From Candidatus Aenigmatarchaeota archaeon (GTDB lineage: Archaea > Aenigmatarchaeota > Aenigmatarchaeia > QMZS01), in contig JAUWTN010000001.1 in the NCBI GenBank assembly GCA_030614705.1, positions 1-62,456 of the forward strand: DNA of 62,456 nt, read 5' to 3'. Under the pieces are notes generated by a model that did no database searches, had not been told where the DNA came from, and was given only the letters and a program-made list of their open reading frames with translations. A program made the translations under genes and the position numbers. This document shows, piece after piece, positions 19,023 through 27,230 of this stretch; position 1 is the first letter of the stretch; the number at the start of each line of letters is the position of its first letter.

Positions 19023-19868
19023 ATGGGAATCTATAACAAAATTTCAGTAGTTTTTTTAATGGGTTTAGTAATAGCGATGAGCGGTTGTACAGATACTGGC
19101 GGAGAATCCACGATAGCAGCAGGAACACAAGGACTAAATATCGAATATTTTGGACCTGATGTAGAATATCCAGTATCCGGTCAGGACATAACTCTTGAAA
19201 CCAGACTTAGAAATATTGGTGGGGTAGAAGCAAGCAATGTTGAAAGCACCATCTATTTATTAAGTTGGGATACAAGAAATTCTCAAAACGCATGCACACA
19301 AGGATTAAGACCACCAAATGCTGAAATCGGCAGAGATGGAGAAGAATGCAAAATAACTGACGATACAACAGCACCGGAAGTAACAGAAACACAAACCTAT
19401 GATGTTGGAGTACACATAAACTATGATTACAGCACAAATACCGTAGCAACTGTTTATGCTTTCTCTGAAAACGAATATGTTAAAAAAATGGAGGCAAACC
19501 AAGCCATACCTAAGGTAAAAAATGTAAAAAACAGCAATGCTCCAATTCATGTTGAAGTGAGAGTGCAGAATGTATTAAAAACAGGCGGAACTGTTCCAAT
19601 CACACTAATTTTCAGAAATGTTGGAGGCGGTAATGTAAAATACGAAAACCAACACTATGTGATAGACACTGCAGACGTGCATATTAATGGCAATTTCCTT
19701 GACAGTTGCCCACCTATAAATATGAAAGGTGGTCGAGAAGGTTCATGCACAGTGCAAGTGGACATACCTGCTGGTGAAGAAGTAAAATTACCTATCGAAA
19801 TAATAACCAGTTACACCTATGTAACTTCTGCTGAAACAAAAATAGTGGTACATCCAAAATTAACATAA
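19023..19868 (+). CDS. Secreted or lipid-anchored surface protein, beta-rich
   Basis: Signal peptide ending MSGC; two beta-sandwich-like halves each ending in Y-x-Y with a Cys pair. Confidence 0.75.
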   Translation: MGIYNKISVVFLMGLVIAMSGCTDTGGESTIAAGTQGLNIEYFGPDVEYPVSGQDITLETRLRNIGGVEASNVESTIYLLSWDTRNSQNACTQGLRPPNAEIGRDGEECKITDDTTAPEVTETQTYDVGVHINYDYSTNTVATVYAFSENEYVKKMEANQAIPKVKNVKNSNAPIHVEVRVQNVLKTGGTVPITLIFRNVGGGNVKYENQHYVIDTADVHINGNFLDSCPPINMKGGREGSCTVQVDIPAGEEVKLPIEIITSYTYVTSAETKIVVHPKLT

Positions 19869-19936
19869 ACCCTTTTATTTTTTATTTTAGAATATATTTT
19901 ATTTTATGAATTAATTATATTTTTACTGATTTGATT

Positions 19937-21685
19937 ATGGTGGATTATAAAAAAATAGGTTTAAAAATTGGCATAGAAATACACCAGAGATTGGCAACAA
20001 AAACAAAACTATTCTGCAATTGTTCAACAGAAATTTCAGAAGATGAAAAACCTATTTTTGAATTCTCAAGAAAATTAAGACCCACTGCAAGCGAGACCGG
20101 AGAAATTGATAATGCCGCAATGCAGGAATTCTTAAAAGAAAAAGAATTTACATATTATTCTTATCCAAACTGCTGCTCTGTTGAAACAGATTCAAAATTT
20201 CCAAATGAATTAAACGAAGAAGCTCTTCTGATTAGTTTACAATTAGCTAAAATGTTAAAAATGTGTGTTCCTGATTCATTGCAAATAATGAGAAAAGTTG
20301 TTATTGACGGGAGCAACACAACAGGTTACCAAAGAACTTCATTGGTTGGAAAAGGAGATGGAGATTCATACATTGAAACCAGTTTTGGGAAAGTTCATAT
20401 TCAGGATTTAAACCTTGAAGAAGAAAGCGCAACAAAAATCAAAGAAAAAGAAAATATGATTTATTACCGGCTTGATAGATTGGGAATTCCATTAATTGAA
20501 CTTAGTTGCCACCCGGATATCTGGCATCCTGAACAGGCAAAAGAATTTGCATCAAAAATTGGGTTGTTGCTCAGAAGCCTTAAAGTGCAAAGAGGTATTG
20601 GAACCATAAGACAGGATGTAAATATCTCAGTAAAAAAAGGTTCCAGAATAGAAATAAAAGGATTTCAGGAATTAAAAAAACTTGACAAACTGATAGAAAA
20701 TGAAGTTAAAAGACAGCTGGATTTAATTTTAGTAAAAGAAAAATTAAAAAATAAATCAATAAATTTAACTGAAAAAGAAGTGAATGGTTTATTTAAATCA
20801 TCAAAATGCAAAATTCTAAAAGGTAAAGAAAAAATATTGTGTTTGAAACTGGAAGGTCTCTCAGGATTATTCAAGAATCCATGCGGCGAAATAACTCTCG
20901 GAAAAGAAATTGCAAATTATGCAAAAGTCTTCGGGATTGGAGGAATTATCCACTCGGATGAAGACCTTAAAAAATATAATTTTGATTTGAAAGAAATTAA
21001 TCAATTAAAAAAAGAAATTAATTCAAAAGAAAAAGATTTGTTTTTGTTGATAACTGGGAAAAACTGCGGGAATGCAATGAAGTTGATTAAAAAGAGAATT
21101 TTATATCTTGGTAAAGGAGTGCCTGAAGAAACCAGATTTGCAGAAGATATCCTTACAAGATATGCCCGTGAATTGCCTGGAGCTGCAAGAATGTACCCAG
21201 AAACAGACCTACCAAAAATAAACCTCAACAAATATTTAAATAAAATAGAAGTACCTGAAACTCTTGAAGAAAAATCAGAAAAATTTTTAAAATTTGGTTT
21301 AAGCAAAGACTTGGCTGAACAGATTTCAAAAAGCAAAGAATTGGATTTATTTGAAAAACTTTTAAAATACAAAGTTGAGCCTAAAATAATTGCTGATTTA
21401 ATTTTAAACAAAAAAAGAGCTTTGAAGAGAAAAGGAATTAAAATTGAAAAAAATGATTTAGAATTTGTTCTTAAAAATTTGGAAAATGGAAAAATTACAA
21501 AAAAAGCAATGGAAGATGTTTTAATCAATAAAAAAATCAAAGGATTTGAAAAAATTTCCGGGATTGAACTAAAAAAGATTATTGGCGAATATTCAAAAAA
21601 ATACGGGAAAAAGGCAATGAGTGAAATTATGAAAAAATATGGGAAGAGGGTTAATAGTGAAGAAGTTTTGGAATTGTTAAAGTAA
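19937..21685 (+). CDS. gatE: Glu-tRNA(Gln) amidotransferase subunit E
   Basis: GLKIGIEIHQRL, KLFCNC, MRKVVIDGSNTTGYQRT, LDRLGIPLIE, RGIGTIRQDVNIS, GGIIHSDE, GVPEETR, PGAARMYPETD. Confidence 0.96.
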   Translation: MVDYKKIGLKIGIEIHQRLATKTKLFCNCSTEISEDEKPIFEFSRKLRPTASETGEIDNAAMQEFLKEKEFTYYSYPNCCSVETDSKFPNELNEEALLISLQLAKMLKMCVPDSLQIMRKVVIDGSNTTGYQRTSLVGKGDGDSYIETSFGKVHIQDLNLEEESATKIKEKENMIYYRLDRLGIPLIELSCHPDIWHPEQAKEFASKIGLLLRSLKVQRGIGTIRQDVNISVKKGSRIEIKGFQELKKLDKLIENEVKRQLDLILVKEKLKNKSINLTEKEVNGLFKSSKCKILKGKEKILCLKLEGLSGLFKNPCGEITLGKEIANYAKVFGIGGIIHSDEDLKKYNFDLKEINQLKKEINSKEKDLFLLITGKNCGNAMKLIKKRILYLGKGVPEETRFAEDILTRYARELPGAARMYPETDLPKINLNKYLNKIEVPETLEEKSEKFLKFGLSKDLAEQISKSKELDLFEKLLKYKVEPKIIADLILNKKRALKRKGIKIEKNDLEFVLKNLENGKITKKAMEDVLINKKIKGFEKISGIELKKIIGEYSKKYGKKAMSEIMKKYGKRVNSEEVLELLK

Positions 21686-21703
21686 TCTCTTTGAGATAAA
21701 AAA

Positions 21704-21991
21704 CTAATTGTTAAAACCTTGGCCACGGACGCAACGCACCCGCTGATCTGAATTTACATGAAGAGAATTATCAACCATGCAATTGGTGTCATAAAAATAT
21801 TTTGCTTTTGCATAAAGCCCATTATTTTCAGACGACCAATAATTGCTCTGAAACACAGACTCCCCAAAACAAGTAGTTGAATACTCTTTCATAATACAAG
21901 AATCTGAAATACACAAACTATGTAGTGTTGACAGGTCAGGAAGAATCCAGTCATCAAAGCCATAGGTTTCATAACCATTCCCTTCGCAATT
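21704..21991 (-). pseudogene. DUF1566 (Lcl C-terminal / C-type-lectin-fold-like) domain segment, in frame with the upstream gene beyond one TGA
   Basis: Open frame NCEGNGYETYGFDDWILPDLSTLHSL...YWSS...VRCVRG; no ATG before the DWILP motif. Could be a remnant or a readthrough extension. Confidence 0.6.
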
Positions 21992-24382
21992 TCAAAGACA
22001 ATCATCAGCACAGGAAGTAACAGTCTCATCACAGTTGCAAACCCCATCTCCGCATTCAGAACCGCAATCCTCGCAGCAGATCAGAGAATCTTCATTGGAA
22101 TCGCATCTTCCATCTTCACACACAGCGCAATGTTCTAGATAATCCAAAGAATCCTTTTCGCATGTTGAACCATCGCAAACCAACTCAAATTCACAGGTGC
22201 AGAAAGGACTGCATGAAGGTTTAGTGCAAGTATTTGGAGCTAAAAATTTACAAGTAGTTAAATCATTAAGCTCGCATTCTTCAGAACCTTCCAGCACACC
22301 ATCCCTACAAACCGTGTTCAAATTCAAAGTAGTGTAACTCAAAATTAATGCGTTTCCAGTATAAAAGAAATATTGGTCTTCCAATAACCCAGGGGCACTT
22401 ATCTCAAGTTCGCAGGTATATTCTCCAGCTAAAACATCGCCCTCAAAAATATTGTTTCTTTCTTCAATAGCAATATTTTTATTTATCTCGCAACCATCAA
22501 GCCCAATAATATTTATCTCTCCGTCATAATTTTTTTTATCAAAAAATAACATTATTTTTACATGCGCTAACTTATCAAAATAAGTATTTAATTTTAAAGT
22601 TGTTTTATAAGTATTCATATCTTTCGAAAATAATATTCTTGAATTCTTGTCTTCAACAATAGTATTCCTGCAGTGCCAGGTTCCATCCTGGCAGACGCAA
22701 TTTTTATATTCCTTGGATTGTGCCACTTCATTGTCCCCAACACAAACACCAGTTTTTAATCCGCACTTCCCCTCAGGACAACAAATGCTATCCCTCTGAT
22801 CATATAAGATGCGTTTGCAAAAAAGCTCAGTGCCTGAATCCTCCGAACCCGCACAATCACAATCTCTTGAGCATATTTCACCCAATTCCCTTTTACCCCA
22901 TATTTCATCTTTGCATTCCCACAAACAAATCTCCTCATCAATATTTAAAGCATGTCCTCCTTCCTCATAACAAATTGCTTCAGCACCTGATTCGCTATGA
23001 GCACAAGTTCCTTTAGGGCAACAATAATATTCATTTTCATCACCGGCAATATTTGAAGGATTGTCCTGAGAACAATAAGAACTTGACCAGCACTCATCAG
23101 ATTTGTAATTGCAACCATAACCGTCCGGAGTATAACAATCAACATGATAATCAAATATTTCTCCCTGTATATTTTCAAATAAAGAAAAAGTAGCTACCGC
23201 GCCATCGGTATACTGTTTGATAATCTTCTGAGTCCCGTCACCCCCAATATCAAAACCATAAAGATTCTTGGAAAGCTCTATCTGAACGAATTCTTCGCCT
23301 GGCATAATATAAGCAACAACATCCTTGGTCTCGCCTGGAAATGAAACCGGGTAAACCAAATAAGAATTTTGATAGCCTGATGAAGGGTTATAAGCATCTG
23401 GGTGCATTGGATTTTTATTAAAAAATAATTGATAATCATGGATTGTTTTTCCGCAATTATCGGTGTAATCTCCGGATTCCCCTGTAACAAAATTCCACAT
23501 CCCATTATCGCATTTTAAAGAATCACCTTGATATTGTATTACCGCACCATTGGAATAACAATATAAATCCTGATCTATACTATCAACAAGATTATTATAC
23601 TTTGGCAGTCCATTCGTGATTTCTACATTCAATCCCAGATGTGGGCACTGTCCTGAAGGACAACAATAATTTCTCCCATTTGCAAAATCAGGAGCGCAAT
23701 TTCGGGATTGGCATGGATGGGAATCTGTTATTTGAGTGGAATCGCATTCATGATGATTCTTGATTTCATAATAATTGCAATAACATCCTCCACCCATATT
23801 TGCAGAGTGATAATCTATATCTAATATATATTCATGGGGTTTTGGAAATGTTGATATCACCCAATCCCCATCACTTGCAGCGCTGCAACTCGCCAATCCA
23901 TCATATACTGGAGCATTATCCATACACCAACCTTTACAAAATTCTTCTTCGCAGTCACATCCATCATTACCCCCCCCACAACTCGTTTCATAGCAAGTTT
24001 GCCAAGGTCGGCAGGTCGTGGTTGGGTAAATACATTTATAAGCATCACCACAACAATACTCACAAGTATCACACCCAAATTCATTGCAATTGCAAGGATA
24101 AGAACACATCTGACAACAATCAGAATTACTATAATGAATACAATCTGAATCTGTAAAAGTATAAGGTGTGGGATAAAGATAAGTTGTACTAAAATCATAA
24201 CTTCTACTAATCTGATCTTCATGATACCAGACCATCAAAGGGTTGGAATTTATAAGATTTGGAAGTTCGCAACGGGAATTTCCGCAATCACAAGAAGAAT
24301 CACAAGAACCACATCCAAAAATAAATCCCATTTGAGCAAATAATAGAAAAATCCCTAAAGATAAAATAATTAAGCCCCTCAT
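21992..24382 (-). CDS. Large secreted cysteine-rich surface protein
   Basis: N-terminal signal peptide, very high Cys content, three CCP-x-G-x-C modules, C-terminal C-x-DG-x-C..E..C..DC repeats. Confidence 0.85.
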   Translation of the reverse strand: MRGLIILSLGIFLLFAQMGFIFGCGSCDSSCDCGNSRCELPNLINSNPLMVWYHEDQISRSYDFSTTYLYPTPYTFTDSDCIHYSNSDCCQMCSYPCNCNEFGCDTCEYCCGDAYKCIYPTTTCRPWQTCYETSCGGGNDGCDCEEEFCKGWCMDNAPVYDGLASCSAASDGDWVISTFPKPHEYILDIDYHSANMGGGCYCNYYEIKNHHECDSTQITDSHPCQSRNCAPDFANGRNYCCPSGQCPHLGLNVEITNGLPKYNNLVDSIDQDLYCYSNGAVIQYQGDSLKCDNGMWNFVTGESGDYTDNCGKTIHDYQLFFNKNPMHPDAYNPSSGYQNSYLVYPVSFPGETKDVVAYIMPGEEFVQIELSKNLYGFDIGGDGTQKIIKQYTDGAVATFSLFENIQGEIFDYHVDCYTPDGYGCNYKSDECWSSSYCSQDNPSNIAGDENEYYCCPKGTCAHSESGAEAICYEEGGHALNIDEEICLWECKDEIWGKRELGEICSRDCDCAGSEDSGTELFCKRILYDQRDSICCPEGKCGLKTGVCVGDNEVAQSKEYKNCVCQDGTWHCRNTIVEDKNSRILFSKDMNTYKTTLKLNTYFDKLAHVKIMLFFDKKNYDGEINIIGLDGCEINKNIAIEERNNIFEGDVLAGEYTCELEISAPGLLEDQYFFYTGNALILSYTTLNLNTVCRDGVLEGSEECELNDLTTCKFLAPNTCTKPSCSPFCTCEFELVCDGSTCEKDSLDYLEHCAVCEDGRCDSNEDSLICCEDCGSECGDGVCNCDETVTSCADDCL

Positions 24383-24424
24383 AAATACCTATTATTTTGG
24401 CTTTATTATTCTGTTAATTACCTT

Positions 24425-24748
24425 TTATTTATACGCTCTCAATTCCTTCTCAAGTTCACTTATTCTCTTTTCTTCCGCGGCTTCTGTTTTTCTCTTTTTA
24501 CTGGATAATTCAGCATAAACATTCTTTAATCCATGTTCAACAGACGCAGCAATCCGATTCCTGTCAAGTCTCCTCAAATCCTGACCTTCCAGAGTTCTCA
24601 ACTCCTGCTCCACGCTATCCAATTGATTTAAAATCCTGCTTTTTGAAGAACCTTCCATTCTCAAAGCTCTTAACCTATATCTGCACCACTTTTTTCGTAA
24701 ACCTCTAACCCTTCCGTTAAATCCAAAAAATAAATCCAATCCAAGCAT
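24425..24748 (-). CDS. Hypothetical basic helical protein
   Basis: 107-aa ORF with ATT-ATG start context. Confidence 0.7.
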   Translation of the reverse strand: MLGLDLFFGFNGRVRGLRKKWCRYRLRALRMEGSSKSRILNQLDSVEQELRTLEGQDLRRLDRNRIAASVEHGLKNVYAELSSKKRKTEAAEEKRISELEKELRAYK

Positions 24749-24774
24749 AATAATATTTAAATCCTATTATAAAT

Positions 24775-25122
24775 ATGACAGAACTACCTAAAGAAGCTCA
24801 GGATTTACTGATGAAAGTACAGATGCAAAATCAGGAATTGCAGGAAATCATTATGCAAAAGCAAAACCAGGAAATGCAGAAAATGGAAATAGAAGAAGCT
24901 CTTAAAGAAATAAAAGACAAAACCGAAATATATAAAGAAATTGGGGGAATTCTTGTTAAAACAGATAAAGATAAAATACAGAAAGAACTTGATGAAGAAA
25001 AAGAAATGTTGGTCGTAAGAGAAAAACAAAGAGATGCAAAAGAAGATAAGCTAAAATCAGAAATGGAAGAAAATCAGAAAAAATTAATGGGTTTTATTCA
25101 AGGCGCAAATCCAGCAGGATAA
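24775..25122 (+). CDS. pfdB: Prefoldin subunit beta
   Basis: ELPKEAQ start, Gln/Glu coiled coils flanking IYKEIGGILVK hairpin; 115 aa. Confidence 0.92.
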   Translation: MTELPKEAQDLLMKVQMQNQELQEIIMQKQNQEMQKMEIEEALKEIKDKTEIYKEIGGILVKTDKDKIQKELDEEKEMLVVREKQRDAKEDKLKSEMEENQKKLMGFIQGANPAG

Positions 25123-25188
25123 ATTTTTGTTAGATGTTTGGATGAACTATTTAACAGTAATTTGATTAAGAGGATTAAAAATATAGAA

Positions 25189-25710
25189 TTAATCCAAAAG
25201 TTCAACTATTCTCTCTGCAAATTCTTTTGCTGCCTGAGGTCCGTTTGCAGTCACAATTTTGCCGTCCTGCTCAACATTTGCCCCCGTATAATTTGCTCCG
25301 CCTTCTTCCAGTATTTTTATAAACATCTGGTCTCCTGAATCCCATATTGTTGCTTTTTTCCCCTTCAAAATTCCCGCTTTTGCCAAAATGCCCGGAGCAA
25401 TGCAGATTGCCGCAGTAATTTTACCATTTTCATAAAACAATTTAGCCAATTCCAAAGTAATCTTGTCCTCATAATATATTGAAGAACCAGAGCCCCCAAC
25501 AAATACAATAGTATCATAATACGCCACATCTATTTCTCCAACATCTTTATCGACCTCTGCTGTTGCATTAAACATCCCAGTTGCCTGTTTTACGCCTTTA
25601 GAAGCCACAGTAACATCAAATCCTAAGTTCTCAAAAATCTGCTTTGGAATCATAAACTCCTCGTCTCGGAAATTCTTCGGAGCAATTACCATCAAAATCC
25701 TTTTTCCCAT
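25189..25710 (-). CDS. DJ-1/PfpI family protein
   Basis: FRDEE, FVGGSG, AAICIAP nucleophile elbow, DGKIVTANGP. Confidence 0.92.
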   Translation of the reverse strand: MGKRILMVIAPKNFRDEEFMIPKQIFENLGFDVTVASKGVKQATGMFNATAEVDKDVGEIDVAYYDTIVFVGGSGSSIYYEDKITLELAKLFYENGKITAAICIAPGILAKAGILKGKKATIWDSGDQMFIKILEEGGANYTGANVEQDGKIVTANGPQAAKEFAERIVELLD

Positions 25711-25760
25711 ATTAAAATAAATTACAAAAGTAAATTATAGCCCCGTAGTGTAGTGGCCAA

Positions 25761-25827
25761 TCATTGCGTTAGCGTATTTTCCGTTAACGTGAGCCTTTAA
25801 GAAAGACTCAAGTGAAAAAAGGGTTAT
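25761..25827 (+). other. 67-nt tRNA intron at 21/22
   Basis: Helix GGCC/GGTT, cuts AA^T and AT^G give D-stem GTGT/GCAT. The boundary could slide a few nt because CAT recurs at both ends. Confidence 0.75.
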
Positions 25828-25850
25828 GCATATAGGACTCTGAATCCTAT

Positions 25851-25941
25851 GACCGCGGTTCGAATGAACTTTTCAAAACTGTTGAAAAGGTCTGCACCCC
25901 AAAACACAAATTAGGGTGGAACGAGCATCCGCGCGGGGCTA
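25851..25941 (+). repeat. 91-bp inverted repeat, copy 2
   Basis: Matches the reverse complement of 16693-16783 at 90/91 positions. Confidence 0.95.
25865..25927 (+). other. 63-nt tRNA intron at 59/60 (copy 2)
   Basis: 62/63 identical to 16707-16769, with the same TTCG/CGAG helix. Confidence 0.88.
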
Positions 25942-27198
25942 TTTTTTATTAATCCTTATTTCTTTATTTGAAATTGAAGACAATACTTTTTCAAGTTCAT
26001 TTAATAATTCTCCAACAACTCCTTTTTCTTCTGATTTAATACTTTTCTTTTCTTCTTCCAATTGTCTCAATTTTTCAGTCAACTTTTCAAGATTCTTCTC
26101 AAACTCTTCAGTTGATAATTTTGGTTTTAATTTTTTTATGGTTGTAATATTCTCAAGAAGACCTTTAGAAATTTCTTTGTGTTTTATTTGAGATTCTTTT
26201 ATTGAATCAGTTATATTTTTTTCAATACTCAAAAATTTCTTTTTCTTTTTCTCATCTGGCTCTACCTTATCAAGATGTTTTTTTACATTTTCAACCGTCT
26301 CTTCAAAAAAATCAGATTTTTGAAGCAAAATTTCAGGATTATCAAGAAAATCTTCGATTTTTGCTATTTGTTTTTTATCTGGTTCGCAATTATGGATATA
26401 TCCTTTAATCTGTCTGCTAACCCCGGACACAATTTGAGTGACTTCCCCCACCACACTCTCTGCTTGCAACTCAAATTCTTTTTGTTGTTTTTCAAGTTTT
26501 GCAAGATTTCTTGATTCTGCTGAAGAAGCAACCTCAGAAATTTTTAAGTTATGGGTTTTCATCTCTTTTTTCAATTTAATTATTTTTTCGTCCAATCCCT
26601 TTTCTCTCTTTTCTGATTTAATCTTATTGTCCTCAATACTATTTATTTTATAAACCAACCTTTCCGCTTCTTCCACCTCAGAAATAAGAGAATAATCTGA
26701 ATTGAGGAATGATTCAAAATTATCCATCTCTTTCTTAAACTCCTTCAATCCCTGAGCTATGCGTTTCATATCTTTTTCAAAAGGTTGCAAAAGAATAAGA
26801 GCCTCTCTTGAAAAACTATTTAATTTGTTGAAAGTTTCCAGAACAATTGATTTTATTTTAAAGATTTGTGGTTTTTCATCCAGAGAATTTACTGCCCGGA
26901 TAATTAATTTTTCTGAATTGGAACAATAATTCTTCTTACTGGTTTCAACAATATTTGAAATGTCTCTTTTGTCCTGTAAAATAACAGGTTCAAAATCAGA
27001 ATCTGAAAGTCTCTTAAAAATACCTTCTAATGAATTGAGCTGATAAATTAAGGATTTCCGAAATTTTTCAGATTTAGTCTCAAGTTCCTGCTTCTTATCT
27101 CCAAGCTCTTCTTCTATAAAAACGCCAATTTCCTCAAAATTCAGGTCTTTTGTTGATTTTTCACTTTTTTTCTTAAAAAATCTATCCAACAATCGCAT
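25939..27198 (-). CDS. Coiled-coil hypothetical protein
   Basis: 419 aa, Lys/Glu-rich heptads, no Walker motif; stop codon overlaps the last 3 nt of tRNA-Gln(CTG). Confidence 0.8.
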   Translation of the reverse strand: MRLLDRFFKKKSEKSTKDLNFEEIGVFIEEELGDKKQELETKSEKFRKSLIYQLNSLEGIFKRLSDSDFEPVILQDKRDISNIVETSKKNYCSNSEKLIIRAVNSLDEKPQIFKIKSIVLETFNKLNSFSREALILLQPFEKDMKRIAQGLKEFKKEMDNFESFLNSDYSLISEVEEAERLVYKINSIEDNKIKSEKREKGLDEKIIKLKKEMKTHNLKISEVASSAESRNLAKLEKQQKEFELQAESVVGEVTQIVSGVSRQIKGYIHNCEPDKKQIAKIEDFLDNPEILLQKSDFFEETVENVKKHLDKVEPDEKKKKKFLSIEKNITDSIKESQIKHKEISKGLLENITTIKKLKPKLSTEEFEKNLEKLTEKLRQLEEEKKSIKSEEKGVVGELLNELEKVLSSISNKEIRINKK

Positions 27199-27230
27199 AA
27201 TGTTAATTTAAATTTATTTTATCCTATATT

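Larger units (their letters stand above)
25739..25941 (+). tRNA. tRNA-Gln(CTG) with two introns (21/22, 59/60)
   Basis: Spliced: AGCCCCG TA GTGT AGTGGCCAA GCAT A TAGGA CTCTGAA TCCTA TGAC CGCGG TTCGAAT CCGCG CGGGGCT A. A1-U72; followed by a T6 run. Confidence 0.93.

Noticed and set aside
21992..21994. Genome-wide TGA reassignment or selenocysteine
   Set aside because: TGA ends several clear genes here (for example nurA at 10293, 45153, 47558, 59388), and I recognise no SECIS-like element or Sec machinery in the window.
25865..25927. A defined nested intron inside the 59/60 intron
   Set aside because: The first hairpin has no convincing 4-bp central helix of its own (GAAT/GTCT pairs poorly), so no specific inner intron can be called.
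16693..25941. Integrated element bounded by duplicated tRNA 3' ends (attL/attR)
   Set aside because: The repeats are inverted rather than direct, both tRNA genes are complete with different anticodons, the enclosed genes are mostly housekeeping, and no integrase is present.
25916..26191. 91-aa + strand ORF starting inside the tRNA intron (intron-encoded protein?)
   Set aside because: It starts at a GTG in the intron, crosses the acceptor stem and is the antisense shadow of the 419-aa gene; the introns are far too short for a homing endonuclease.
25939..27198. SMC/Rad50 ATPase partner for NurA
   Set aside because: Coiled-coil only; no Walker A/B, signature motif or zinc hook.
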